Assembly (NCBI GenBank): GCA_030324005.1
Contig: JARDVH010000110.1
Span: forward strand, 46,592,949-46,656,948
Direction of reading: 5' to 3'
Source: Negaprion brevirostris
Taxonomy: Eukaryota
DNA: 64,000 bases
Shown: one piece after another, positions 36,493-50,699 of the stretch
How the letters are laid out: every line of letters starts with the position of its first letter
How positions within the stretch are numbered: the first letter of the stretch is position 1
The notes under the pieces: model-generated
What the model saw: the letters and a program-made list of their open reading frames with translations, nothing else
What the model was told of the DNA's origin: nothing
Database searches by the model: none
Position numbers and translations under genes: made by a program

Positions 36493-37439
36493 AAATGAAC
36501 TATAGTTTTATTCGAAAATATTAAATTCAATAAACGAATGTATTTGTACAGTTGGCCAAGGCAATAGCAATAATGCGGCTAGTGTTTATAAATAAAACTC
36601 AGTTGATTGGTTTAAATACTGTGTGATAAATGTTCCTCACACATGACCAAGGTGTAAACAGGAAGGTGCGACATTACTGCAGCACCAATAAACAGTGACA
36701 GAATTAGTAGGATGAATGGTACATCCAATGATGCGTGCTCTATGCCTTGTTCCAGTTCCCCCCGTCCGCTCAGTTTAAGGGAAAGCGCCGCCCCACCCTG
36801 GACCTCCAGACGGCGTCGCAATAACAGAACCCAGGTCAACAAGCTCACCGCAGCCTTCTCTCCCAGGCAAGGTGTGTGGCAAGGTGAGATTAATAAGAAA
36901 GGAGAGGGGATGAAAAGTGTAATTACCTGAAAGGTGGAAAAGGGTGCGTTTTCCTCCTAAACAAAATAAAGGTCCGCCTAACAGCTGCCTTGACTTGAGA
37001 TCCTGCACCCAAGCACATCTTGTGGGCAGTGCCACTCGGTAAATAAAAACAGATGTCACCTTTCCAGAAAAGTAATGTACCTAATCTGCTTGTTTACAAG
37101 ATAAGCTCCCAAAAGATTATAAAAGCAACACTTTAGCTTATATTTCAACATAAACAAATGAAAGGTACTTATTTANNNNNNNNNNNNGTGGCTAAGGTCA
37201 GAACTGCAGTAATTCCGAAGGTGGGGAGGAGGAGGAGTGGGGGGGGGGAGCAGGTTGGGAAAGGGCATTGGCAAATCCTCAGTCTTTACCCAGTATCAGA
37301 AGGTGGCCGGCCTTAGATAAAGCAGCTGTTTGTGGACTGAGTGAGCCCAATTCTCTCTCGGTTGTAACCATTACCGAGCACAGAAATCCGGCACACACAC
37401 ACATACACACACACTTACAATTATATATATTTTTAAAAA

Positions 37440-37682
37440 GCCACCTCCAGCTCTCTTGCAGAAACTGTGCTGAGTGAGCACACAGCCTGGTCCCAAGGGT
37501 GGGGAGGCCTGACGTCATATGTCAGGCACGGAGGCAGCTGCCGACCCAACTTCCCATTCCCGATCCCACTACAACCCCATCCCTGTTCCCAGACTCGCTG
37601 CTTCTGGCTGGTAACTCTCACTAATGTGGAATAGCACGTTATCCGGGACAGCAGAACTTCACCCAAACCATGCAGATAAATG
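37440..37682 (+). other. Candidate first exon A (start approximate); donor ATG|GTGAGT
   Basis: Consensus donor at 37683; TA-rich stretch at about 37421; ATGs at 37624 (MWNSTLSGTAELHPNHADK, phase 2), 37670 (ACCATG; MQIN, phase 1) and 37680 (phase 0). Confidence 0.5.
37510..37517. promoter_or_regulatory. Full CRE (CREB/ATF site)
   Basis: TGACGTCA within the near-palindrome CCTGACGTCATATGTCAGG. Confidence 0.55.
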
Positions 37683-40600
37683 GTGAGTCCACACTTTCAA
37701 CATGTGAAAGACAGAATGGAGAAATCAAACACGTGTTTTATTTTTTTAAAAATATGTTGCACTGTCTGTCAATTAAGATGAATCCCTGTGGGAGCGCGGA
37801 AAAGGTTGTCAAAATTTCAAAATAAATCCTTTACAAAGAATAGCACTCGGTGGCAATGTGACCGAAGATCACGGTCACAAAAACAAACAGCAGAGAAACT
37901 GAGGTTTGATTCTTCGCTATTTGATTTGAATTCTCTTCCGCCTTCCTTTTTCTTACACTTCAAATGTTACACTTTTCCAAAGTGTTGTGATGGAGGANNN
38001 NNNNNNNNNNNNNNNNNNNNNNNNNNNNNNNNNNNNNNNNNNNNNNNNNNNNNNNNNNNNNNNNNNNNACCGCTCGCCTGAAGGGTTTTGTCGGATTTCA
38101 CACCGCGTATAAATTATGTACAAACTCTGTGGTTCGTCAGACCTGCGACCGACACACCAGAAAGTTCCAAAGTGTACTTTTAGAGGGAGAAAAGTAACAA
38201 ACGGGGAGTGTAAATCTTGTTTTATTACCTCTGTTTAAAGTAAAAAGGGCTCGCATTGGGCTCTTTCCTACTTTACCGCATTTGTTTCAGACTAAAGATA
38301 GAACTTATTTGAAGCGGCCCCTCACTGGGATTTTTTTAAAAATCGGAGTCGCTGTGTAGGAGGCAGAAGGATTTCGCCCCTAACAGCAACATCACACACA
38401 CGAACACGCCAATTCCAGAATGTATCTCGACTCAACCTGCACAGTAATCATCAAGCGTGGTTCAACATGTTATCGAGACGATGAAGTAAAGAAAGTAGGC
38501 AAAAATATGTTTTTAAAAAAAAACACGCATTGTTCAAAATGTTAGATGTCACTATGGAGTTAGAGCGGTTGCAGACAGACAGGGATTCGCACTTAGAAAC
38601 GCGCGATCATAATTATAACTGGGGACAGATCCAACTGGAGAATGGGTTATGTTTAAGGGTTTGAAATGAAAGGCAAACCCAGCCCCAATAATGTAATCGG
38701 AGGGAGAGAAATTATATTTCTGTCAATAACATGAGGCGGTTCCCACTTGTTCTTTAACCGAATCAAACATTTCCTTAGTGTTAAGATTATTGATTTTACC
38801 AATAATATAGGTCAGATATGTATGTGTGTGTGTGCTTGTGCGTAGCCCTGATTAAATCATGAAGTGTTCGTCATTAGCTCCACTTTAAATATAAAAATAT
38901 CTGGGTTGCAAAATATGCGGCAAAATATATGTCAAGTGAATTTCTTATCGGTTAACTGAATGTTGCAGGGTTGTTATTGGAATCTGCAAACGTTTTAAGT
39001 CATGTTTTCAAAAGTGGTTTGTCATTCGTTTTAGTCCAAGAATTCGGCACTTAGTAACACAGCATTTGCTGTGTTTTATATAGTAACAGTAGAGAGAATG
39101 CCAAGTAAAATCCAACGCTCCAGTAAAAAAACAGGTCAGCGATGAGGAGAGAATATCCCTTTAATGCAATTTAAATTTTGGCCCAATGAAATATATATCT
39201 ATGAATAATCGACTGCTGCATTCTTTTAAACATACGTTACTTGCTGAATTCACTGCCAGCTTGTTTTCCATTGTAATACGTTTCCGCTTACATTTACAAT
39301 CTGAATGTAATTGTTGAATTAATTAAAATATTTCAGAATAAATTGGCAAATGACTGTCTCCCATCAAATAAAGAAAACGGTCAAATCTGCCTCTCGGCCT
39401 TTTCAGAACACTTCTTTTATGCAGATCGTTTTTAGTGAGCCGCCCAAAGGATTTCCCTGAACGATATATGGGAGCCCACAACACCTCACAAGAAATAACT
39501 TTCATTGCCTCTTACTTCCAACAGTGTCTTAAAATAAGTGTTCAACAGCAGTCAACGAGTGTAAAAACTGGCAAAAGGAATGGCAATACGACTTGATTAA
39601 ACATTTCTGTAAAACGTTCCACGGCCAGTTATTAAACACCAACACTGTGGCCCGGGTTCGAAAAGCCCCGAGAGAAGGCCACACAGTGTAGGGGTATAAA
39701 TAAAGAAGTGCAACGTTTCACTGCTCAATCTAAGATTTTCAACACGAGACATTGTGTTTTGGAAATAATTCGCAACATAAACGGTTATTATAAAGGTGTA
39801 TTTATTGAAGCCAGGTCAATGATGGTTAGACATTGAAACGTTGCTCTGTTTGAATGGCCTGTTCATCTTGGGCTCAAATCAAGCGCCAAGTAAGTGTTAC
39901 TTGGAAAACGATATTCGAACATCATCTCTCGACCTCTGATATTTTCTAAACGCTTAGTGGCACCGCTTTTGTAATATAAGTTAATTATTTAACACATTTT
40001 TAAAGGATGTTACATATTCAATAGCAGAAGTATCGGGCACAAACTCAAGGCATGCACAGCCTTGGCGGAATATATTTTCTTTTAAGAAAATAATTCTCCA
40101 CTGCCTCCTAATAACACTGCTTCCTAATAAACAGTCAAAATTTTGTTTGCCCTCTGTCTTAGGCAGTGATTCTGACTCGGTACCAACTCAGGGATAAAAA
40201 GGGGGTGTCTTTGTAAGGAAAATGCTGAAATCTGATAGTCAGCCTTCTGCAGAGTTGTGTTTTGATCATAGTATTTAGTTCAAACCACCTAGAGTCACAG
40301 GAGGGCCTGTGGATTTGTGATGTTTCTGCTGTGGGTGGGGTAGATAAATACATAAGTACTATCTCCGCTGATTCTGGTCGGCGTGGGGGGAGGGGGGCAA
40401 CACACTAAACAAATAAGTCAGTATAACCAAACAAGTGCGTGATATCGGCCGAAGGAAAGGAAATTATAGATAAAATTCGTTTGGTTCGCTGCAGTCCTTG
40501 CGCCTGGATCTTGCCTGCCAAGGGAAACTCGGGGGGCAAATGTACAAGGACTGCTCGATTTGCTAATTAACCATCAGATTTCACCTTAAGAATTTTTGTT

Positions 40601-40840
40601 TTGAATTTGCTAGATTCAGGTGGAGAAAAGATTCTAAGTTTTGGACCAGGGTATAGAAGACTAAGAACATCTTTGCAAAGTCGTGACCAGAGCAACGTGA
40701 TGGAATGTGCAGTGGCTATTCAGATTTGTACACGGAATGTGACTAATATTCTCAGAGATTTTCTCTTGCCCTCCATAGTTGGCGCCTGGAAAATAATAGG
40801 TGGCTTCATGCAGTTATTTCGCTTCTGTAATGGAGAAGTC

Positions 40841-40853
40841 GGTCATTTTGACC
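40841..40853. promoter_or_regulatory. Perfect consensus estrogen response element
   Basis: GGTCA-TTT-TGACC(T). Confidence 0.5.
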
Positions 40854-41171
40854 TAAAGAAAGTCATTTACTCGGTGCTTTATTTTATTACGGCCGCCAAA
40901 CGCCCGCTTCCCAATCAAAAGTCAATGTGCTAATTAAAATGAACTCTTTGACAGCGATGGCATACACGAGGCTACTGCAATAGCTGTTGGAATTTACTGA
41001 AATAACGCCAAACGCTAACTCGGCACAATTGCACCAAATAATCTTTGTGCTGTCTATGTCCCCTTAAATTTNNNNNNNNNNNNNNNNNNNNNNNNNNNNN
41101 NNNNNNNNNNNNNNNNNNNNNNNNNNNNNNNNNNNNNNNNNNNNNNNNNNNNNNNNNNNNNNNNNNNNNNN

Positions 41172-41391
41172 TACCATTTCTAACCAGTGAGCTGACTGAA
41201 GCCAGTGCCGATCCTACACAAGAGGCGGTAATTACTGAGCACGTTAATAATTCTGTCGAGGGAAACTTATTTTCAGCAAATGTCTCTCCCGCCCGTGTCT
41301 AATTATTTGGTTTGATTGCTTTATCAGAGATCTAAATTCAGCACGAAACGGAAACATCACTAGAAGAGGTCGCCCTTCTCTGCAGATTCAG
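41172..41391 (+). other. Candidate alternative (probably non-coding) first exon B; donor CAG|GTAAGA
   Basis: Strong donor at 41392 in the CpG-retaining region; the start may lie in the gap at 41072-41171. Confidence 0.45.
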
Positions 41392-44300
41392 GTAAGAGAC
41401 ATTTCTTTTATTCACCCATCTGTGTGTCCCCGGCGACCGTGTTTTCCCGAGTGGACATTCTTTGTCGAGCTGCTTTGGAGGAAATGGACACGCGGGTCAG
41501 GATTAGGCTCTTCTCACAGAAATTGCAAAATATCGCAATGGAATGTAGTCAAATCAATTGATCGCTCATAACCAGAGGCCAGGAAAGGGATCTCTGTATA
41601 AACCACCCTCTTGAGTCACTGCCTGTTACAATTAATTAACTGCGCGTTAAATGAATTCTACTTTGTAGAATGGTTAGTTAGCCTGTGCGTTAACGTTGCC
41701 GTTTTGCAGAAAGTGTATGTTAAAGCATGTTTTAAACGTGAAAGACCAAAGTCATTTGAGACTGGACAGTTCCTGCTTGAAATTCACAAGGCTCAACCAT
41801 TGATTTCTCATCGGCGTGTGCCTTTTGAAATGTGATGTTGAAGAGTAAACATAATTCTTTTAGATTTCTTTTAAAATGCTTTCCCTGTGAAAAGACCACG
41901 TCCAGATTAACAAAAAAAAACAGACCGCGGCTAACTCATGGTGCGTCAGCCTCCTATAATAAAAGTTGACATTAACTTTACTTAATTATTTTACAAATTG
42001 AATATAAAATAGGGACCAAATGAATCTATCAGAAATCACAACCACCACTGAGTTGGTATTTATCAAAGATCTTATTGGTGTTCTAAACGCTTCAGGTTAG
42101 AAATTAATAATATTGTTAAAGTGTTGAACAAATTATTCCTAAGATTCATTTTTTTCTGTAAAATGCTACATTACTTCAGTTTGCTTTTGAACAATGAAAC
42201 AAATGCTCTCTCACATTACGGAAATCCACAGAATATAGAAATATATTTGGAGCCTGCACCTTCAAGGGGAGAATCTACTCAACTAAGCAAGTCAGGTTGG
42301 AAATTGAAATAGAAGATTAATCCAAAAATTAATATTAAAAGAATATATTTCCACTCATTGCAGTTATAAACAAATGATACAGCCTGCACAGAATAGTTAA
42401 AGCCTCTGGACTATTACATACCCCAATGTTGTAAAATAATGAAATGTGTTCTTATGTTTAATGATAATCATCTTCACCATGCACTTGTCACTATGGCTGC
42501 AATTGTAAGAAAAAAATGCTTGAGGGTCAAAGAAAATAAACCCAAATACCTGGAGGAATACACTCTTCTGACTCACCAGCAGAGAATTCTAATAAAGTTT
42601 CAATAAGCAAAGTAAATTGCCTTTTAGTCATTTCTGACAATGTCACATTTTGACTAAAAAGCCTGACATTGACAATTGACTGAGATTGTGTAGCCAAGTT
42701 GGTTAGGTCAGAGTGATGAAAATTCCTTTTTAAAAAAATAGAATTGGAAAAACTCTCCCCCACAGCTGCAAAACATTCAAAATGCTGGCAGATACATATA
42801 CCTTATTAGTCCATATTTCTTTTCGGAGTTTCGGTAACGTGTTTCCTTGTTGTGAAAAATTTAAGTTTAAGCTTTCTGTGAGTTACATTTTATTCCAAAA
42901 GCTAAAATTTCTCACCCATAATACAACTGTAATTGGTAAAATAAAATCAAGTGTCAGAAATCAGAATGTTATTTTAGTGGATAGATATTTTATTTTCGTC
43001 TTTCTTTCCTTGACATTCTGTCTTCTCAATTTAACATAGACATCAAATGAACAAATAAAGTACCAAAGGTGTATAGTATCTCTGTAGTAATATTGCTTCC
43101 CACCAGTACAAAATATAACAATCCCCTGGTCTTGTTCATTAACACTGAATATAGTAGATGAAATTAAGTGGTTTCATCAACCTGGCAATATGGTCTGTGC
43201 CTCCTTTTATTTCTGTTAATTTTTTTTCGAAGTGCAGTCTTTTTTTAGATTGAACATGCAATAACTCACTTCCAATCACATGCTGCAGAGTTTATGTGAA
43301 ACTGGTATGTCACTAATGCATTTTGATGAAATGGAAAAGGAAACTCTGCTTCCTGGGTATGCCAGGCACCCTGGGGAGGAAATCTTATTATCAGTGCATC
43401 CTTAAAAAAAATCAAGAATTATGATTAACTTCAACACCTATTTTGTTCTTTTTTCATTTATCTACTTTTGTTTTATTTGTTTTGATTAAGCTAGCAAGGG
43501 ATACCAAATCGGAGGGGTTACTGAGCTTAACAGTGTGAGATAGTTGAATTATCATCAGGAGATACTGATGTCAAGACAGGATTCTTCAGTTAGCTCAAAT
43601 CTATATTAATGACCTCCACACTGTTGGGTGCAGTATCTCCTCCAAGCCAATTGACATATATAATCTCTTTTGCTTTACTCTGTCAGAAAGAGATATATTA
43701 GTGTGCTTATTGATGCCTTTCAATCACCTTTTGTTACCATGGCTTAATGCTTTGAAACTATTGGTTTTAGGCAGTCAAGAAGCTGACATTTGGCGTAGAA
43801 CTCCCCTGATGTGACACCAGGATGTTTTTCCCTGATAACATGATGGGTGAGAACTCTGGACAGTACTTCACTATTCAAAAAGTTACAGGCTGAAAACCTA
43901 TAGTGACAGATTTAAGGAATCTCTTTACAAAATGTTTGCCCTCAAGCCATAATCTTAAAGCAAGAAACACAATAATAGCAGCAACTGAGGCTGCATTTAT
44001 ACTGATGTTTTGATGCAAAGTGATTTTGGCTGGGTATCGTTGTAAATGTGCTGTTTAAAAGCAAACTCAGTTATCATTTAAGACTGCTCATTCAATTAAA
44101 GCCCTGAAGTTCAAAATGCCAATTGGGCTACTGCACACCATTTTATGTTCACAAACAGCACAAAATAAATTCAGTCTGCAAGGTAGCAATAAGTGTACCT
44201 TCTTTTGGACATTTTGTATTATTTGACATGGGAGTGGAATGCACATCCTCTTGAAATGCATTAAGTACATTTTCCACCCATTAACAAATTTAGTTGTTGT

Positions 44301-45349
44301 TAAATTAATATCTGAATAGTGCGGTCACTAATGGAATTGGTTTGAAAAATGCCCAGGTACAACAATTCAACCCACTTGGTAACCATTGGTCACATTATTA
44401 TTAATGCAATGCAAGAGGCAAACAAGATCGAAGAGAGAAGTGGGAGCATAGAAGCGTAGAATTACTATGTGGTCCTTTCATCTATTGACCTAGGATATCT
44501 ATCCAGCTTGATCTACAGTTTTATTTTTCGCTCTGTAACTCTCTGTCTTCTGAAAACATATTATTTTGCAAACAAAATGAGTTTGGATGTGATTCAATTC
44601 AGTTCCTAGCGAATATGAGTTCACAACACAAACTACCCACAATTCTGTCTAAATTGCAATTAAATTGGCAGGTTCAAGCAATGGCTGCTTAATGTAGGAA
44701 ATAATGTAGGTTCAGTAGGAGGGAAGCTTAGGGCACATTGAAGGAACAGTAGCTCTGGTTTCTATGTGTACCAACCTTGTAAAGACATTTATTTTCAATG
44801 CATTTGTAATGCCACTACACATAGTAACTATTTCTATAGACATTGTTGGTACTTTATATATGATTGTGCTATAGTTGACCTGGGTGTGCGTGATGTTGAC
44901 ATTTGCTTGAGAAGTTTTTCGTTGCCTTAAACTAACATCCTGCACTTCAGTGAGTATAGGCAACCAATAAAACTACAAAATTAAAATAAAAATGCGTGGT
45001 TCTAGAGCTAATATACAATTTTATGATGCAGCAAAAAATTGAACTAAATATTAGATTATATGCAAAGCTAAAAAAGAGAAAGTATGCATTTTTATATTGG
45101 TATCTCATTGTATATTTTATAACCATTCTTGTTTTAACTCATGCCTTTTAGATTTATTTTTATCTGTTGTTATTTCTATAGAATATTTCATTTCTCTCAC
45201 TCTTTCTGCCATCTCCTGGTCAAAAGTATAGGCATGCCTCTGAAGATTCTACTGTCAAGCCACTTTTTAGATGATGTATAGTAGTTTATTACCTTAGTAT
45301 TGAATGCGTATCTGTCGAATGTATATCTTTGTTCAGCATTTGCCTGTCA

Positions 45350-45950
45350 CAGCAACAATTTGCATTAGTATCTTTAACATAGTAAAACTATCCAAAGATT
45401 CTTTGCAAGAACGTTATCAAACAAAATTTGACTCAGTGGACAAGGAAATATTAGGGTCGACAGCAACGTCTTAAAGAAGAGCTATGAGGGCAGAGAGCTT
45501 TAGGGAGGAAATTACAGAGATTAAGGCAAATGAAGGCTACAGCTGCAAATGTTGTAGTGATGTAAATTGGAAATGTATAAGAAGGTGGAACTAGAGGAAC
45601 AGAGAGATCTTGCATTGTTGTAGAACTGAAAGAGGCTGAGGAGAGAGGAGATCTGACTCCACGGAAGATTTGAAAACCAGGATGAGAATTTTATAATTGA
45701 GGCATTGACAGAATAAGAGCCAGTGTAAGCCATCAAGCATAGGAGTGATGGTAAATTGTGTTTGGTGTATGTTAGAAAATGAGCAGCAGAGATTTTGATC
45801 TGAAGTTTACAGAGGGTATAGGATTGGAGGTCAGCTAGGAGTGCATTGGAATAGCCAAGTCTAAAGGTAACAAAGGCAGAGATGAAATCTGGAAGTTGCC
45901 ATTGTCGAGAAGCCTGTGCATGAACCCAGATCTTGGCACTGTAGCACGGC
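45350..45950 (-). mobile_element. L2 LINE 3' end
   Basis: ISAFVTFRLGYSNALLADLQSYTLCKLQ..SAAHFLTYTK matches the L2 C-terminal motif. Confidence 0.85.
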
Positions 45951-46819
45951 ATATTAATGTTTTAAGGTGGCATATTAATGTTCTAATATTGCACTGTTTC
46001 ATCTTGGTTGTTTGATCCTCTTAAATGCGAGAATTTTAATAACTTCCATATGACTAATTCTAAAACTTCAAAAAATATGCTGCATTCAATAAAAGTTAAT
46101 TGCATTAAGACAATTGATGCTTTGCACAGCTGTACAATTTCTCTTGTTAACAATTAATACCTGAAACTATATAGTTATTTGTAATAGAAATGTTAGTCTT
46201 TTAAACAAGATTACAATTAAAATTTTATTATATTTGTATAGCATGTCTGAGGACTTCAAAATATTTTAATATTATCTCCTAATGTAATTCCTAAAATATA
46301 TTCCCTTGCTAGAGTGCAGCAAATATTTCACTCGGAGATGGATTTTAATATTTATTATTCATGTCTGATCCAATCAGCTTTATTTATGCAAATTATATAT
46401 TACATTCTCTATACATTTTTCTTACTAAAAATGTAGCTAAAGAACGTTGGGTAGGCTCCGATATTTCTGTTTTATGTTTAATAGAGCCAAAAATAAAGAG
46501 AATATTGTGGCATAGATGTAAGACATAACTATTCCAACCAGCCATGGCATAGTGCAAAAGACAATATGACAGTGCTTACATATGGTCTATTTGCAACCAT
46601 CCTGTCAAAAAGATATGACAGGAAAGCAAAAAAATATATATATTACCCTAAATTCTCATTCTCTTGCACATAACATAAGAATCACTAGCAGAAACTTGAA
46701 AGCGCGTAGATTGCCAATCTATCCCCTCAGATTATAATATTCCGGGAGAATCCGAAATGTGGGACTGTAAGTGCAAGATAATTACTAATTAATCCAATAG
46801 GGAAACAAAGATTTGTTTT

Positions 46820-47040
46820 ATTCAGAGACTAATCGAATGTCTCAGGAAGTGATTGAGGTAAAAAGTTCATATGCTTTCAAAACAAAACTAGTTAAGTACA
46901 TAAGGGGAAAGAGACTCGAAAGGTATGTTGAAACTGAGATGAGACAGTTGAAATGGGAGGAGACTCTTGGGGTATAAGCACCAGCACAGACTAATTGAGC
47001 CCATGTTTCTTTACTGACTGTATATTTCATGTGATTCTGT
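46820..47040 (+). mobile_element. Old CR1 3' tail
   Basis: GAAGTGATTGAGG..GCTTTCAAAACAAAACTAGTTAAGTACAT..GGGAGGAGACTC..TAAGCACCAGCACAGAC. Confidence 0.65.
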
Positions 47041-50000
47041 ACTGACCCTGATAATAAAGTGAAATGGGAAAATATATTTTAAAATTAAATATATATTGAA
47101 CATTTCAACATTCATTCTCCATAGGTTCTCATTATAAATTGGTTAAGGTCTCATGCACAATTTAGATATTTTACTTTTCTAAGAAATGGCACAATAAAGT
47201 TAGTGTAGTAACAAAAGTTAATGAGAGCTAAGATCTTTTCAATGCATTCAGTCTGCACCCATTCTGCTCCACATTTTCAGTTGTAGTACTTTGAAGACAT
47301 TTGGGGTATATTCACTTGACCAAACAGCTTATCATGCAAATTAAATGATCACTGACATTGACCGTAGCAACAGCTGACATCCCGAGAGCCCAAGGACCAC
47401 TAACATGAAAGTGAACCTTCTATTTTCTTACAGTATAATATTGCACAAGGGCTATGCAGTCCACAACTGCTGCTGTTAGTTGTTATTTTAACTTCCCTGC
47501 TCATTTTCTGTATACACAGAAAACATTTAAAGATCAACCATTGTTCGAGTCTATTACTTTCACTACAGTTGTCTAAAAATTGATTAACAATCAAAGTTTC
47601 CCTGATATATTACGGTATAAAACAGATCTTATGGTGTATAGTTCATCTTCTATTTTCTGCTTGTTGTCTCAATATTCAAGTATGTTGCTGTTGACTATTT
47701 ATAGAATCTAAAAGCATGAATAAAAGTGAAACTTACGCACCAGATTTTACACAACAGCCACCAAGCACCTATTATTGTTTGCTCATTAAAATGTAAGACT
47801 TAAAACGTGCACAGATTTTTTTAAAAAATCTTTTTTTTATCATGTTGGAAATATTGGTTTATCAGAACAAGGGATATCAATAGGTAACAGTGCCCCTTTC
47901 ACTGAAAGGCATGAATCTGATCTTGATTCAATAAAGTTCAAATTACTACTTCTCCATTATTAAATCCATTTACCATTGAAATACATTTAAAAACTATATA
48001 CGTGCATTACACATAAATATTCACACGTATTCAAGGTATTCAACCACTCAAGCTGGTGATGAATGTTTTTTGGGTTAGATTTATTTTCAGAATCTAGCTA
48101 ATTTAATTGTTTTTAGCATTCAGTGTGACAACTTGTACCAACTTCAGGGAGGTGCCTGCTGAGTAGAATTTAGCCCCAAGATCTGGCCAATTGACTCAAA
48201 AAAAAAATTCTTGCCTCAACACCCATTTGGCTGAAGCATTGGTTTGACAATTTCTAATCGGTTAGCATTCAGAAGGAAATTCATCCAGTTCTTGTAGTTC
48301 AACATGGTGGAGTAAACTTCCCACCTTGCCATAACATTCAATTCTGAATGTAAATCCCACCCAAAATTGCACAAGTGTTNNNNNNNNNNNNNNNNNNNNN
48401 NNNNNNNNNNNNNNNNNNNNNNNNNNNNNNNNNNNNNNNNNNNNNNNNNNNNNNNNNNNNNNNNNNNNNNNNNNNNNNNATCTCCTCGGGGTTTCTGCTT
48501 AAATTTGTTTCCATACCACCAAATACAAAATCTTCCATAAACCAGCACAAATGGGCAGTGGTTTAAAACATATTATTTTGCTTTTAAAAAATTATTCCTT
48601 GATATATTTAAGATTTGGAACTTGGTGTAATTTGCTTAATACAGCTGAAAATGGGTCTATCAAAAAAAATTACGCATTTAATCAGTGATTAGTTCTGCAC
48701 TGGTGAATAAGCCAATTTTAAATTACTGAAAATTACTATAAGAAAATATAGAACCATTTGCTAGGTATATTGGGAGACAATAGACAGTCCCTTAAATTAA
48801 AATATATAAATCCAAAAGCTTCTAAAGCATGTCTATTAGTGTCCTTGCACCTAAAATCACCAGCTGATTTTTTAGAAGTTTCTCTGAAGGCGACCCAAAT
48901 TAGCATAATTCATGGAAACTCACCTTGAGGATTGATTTGCTCTGGAAACATGACCAGTTTTTGTGTTTACTATGCTCTATTTATTACATTCAACTAATTC
49001 TCCAGTCTTCTATGCTGGTTTTGCCAATTTTGGGGAAATTTCCCCCAAACATTTACAACTTGGCCAAAACTCCAGACTAGTATTTCCCCTCAAAAGGAAT
49101 TTCACCTTTCCATAAGCTACAGCAACCCCACAAATTGCTGTTGTTCAAATATTTTCACTCCTATTAATTTCATCAATATCCTTTTAAGGGACTGAGGGCA
49201 CGTGTGAATGGGTCAAGGGCCTCCCCATCGGGATTACGTTTAATAAGGCAATCCTGCTATCAAGACTTTTTGACATGGGAATTGTGTGAATTCTGATTGT
49301 TTCTGGGGTCTCTTAACTCAGTTGGCTAGATGACTAGTATGTGGATCAGATGAATCCCAAAAGCCCAGTGTTCAATCCTCATTCTAGCTGAACATAGGGC
49401 CTGCTTCCTCACTCTAGCCATGTTAAAATAATCATGCCACTTTAACTTGGTTCAGCAAATAAGCACCAAGGGGCTGCCTTCAGGCAGAGAACTTGAGAAA
49501 AATATGTCTCTTTCAAAGAAAGACTATCCTCATTACTGCCATTTGCAATCTAGAAGGCAATGCAGACAAGTAGACATGGCTTCACTTATTGGGGGTATAG
49601 TGAGTAATAGAATTCCAGTAGGGTTTGTTCTGGCTGTTTGCTTTCTATATTACTCATAAGCATTTGCATTTGCTTTTTACATTACTCATAAGGCCAGTAC
49701 AGGAAATAGAATATGTTATGTACACAGTTGATGTGTGTTCACTTCTAAAGTCAGAGCGAAAAAAGTAAGAATACCACCATCTGCTGAAAGTATGTAGCCA
49801 ATGTTAAGGTTTATTATTCAAATTAATGATTAGATGCATTTTCTTGTTGTATTCCTATATAATTTTGTGTTAAAGTTACTTTTGAAATACTAAGTGCAAT
49901 TCAGATTCCCTACACTTAAAAAAACATAAATTGATGCAATTAAATTATTTAGAGAATTGGATGTTGAATTCAACAAGGGTTATTTGGGAGACTAAGACGT

Positions 50001-50699
50001 CTAAATTTTGACAGGGAGCTAATCAAATTAATTTGCCTCGTTTGAAGAAAAGACAACTAAAAGAGGAGAATTATTTAGATTTTATCATGCTGAAATACAT
50101 AAATAAGATGATTGCATTTGCATTATTTAATTCAAAATAAGATCACAGATTTTGAAATCATGGATTCATGATTAAGACTGTAGTGAAATGGGAAACTGAA
50201 GATTTGTTCCACAGCAGTAGTAGACTTACGGACTCCTAATGGGAATCAGTTATACAGTGCTTGTTGCTTTCTTTGAACAACAGCTGGTTAAATATTTGGT
50301 TAAATTGAGATTAGAATGATAAATGCAGGGTGTAGTTATCAATTACTCTTTGTGACACTAGGTTCCAGTCCTAACAGGGCTGTGAGAATGTTACTTGTGG
50401 AATGTAACATGGTCACAGTTGAATAATGTGGATTTTAACATAGGAGTAATATCTGAGATAATCTTCATAAACCTGGAAGAGTTTTATTTTCTTGATGATG
50501 TGGCAGATTATGATTGGATATCACAAATTATAAATTTGGATTAATAACGTAGCATTTTGCTTGATTTCCTTTGAGCATCAAATACAACTTTCACAGGCCC
50601 TATATCATCCTTAAGGTTACTCTTGATTAGTTGGCTCCTTCAGGTAATTGGGTGATGGTCATGACAGTGTAATTCTATATCTATGGAATAAATAAACTA

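Larger units (their letters stand above)
36690..41950 (+). promoter_or_regulatory. CpG-retaining, repeat-poor promoter / 5' region of an unidentified gene
   Basis: Many CpGs relative to the depleted background; no recognisable SINE or LINE; GC boxes, CRE, GATA, E-box and ERE motifs; two strong splice donors. Confidence 0.65.

Noticed and set aside
40163-40216. Coding exon 2 joined to the 37682 donor
   Set aside because: All three phases hit a stop within 18 codons unless a weak internal donor is used, and no peptide is recognisable.
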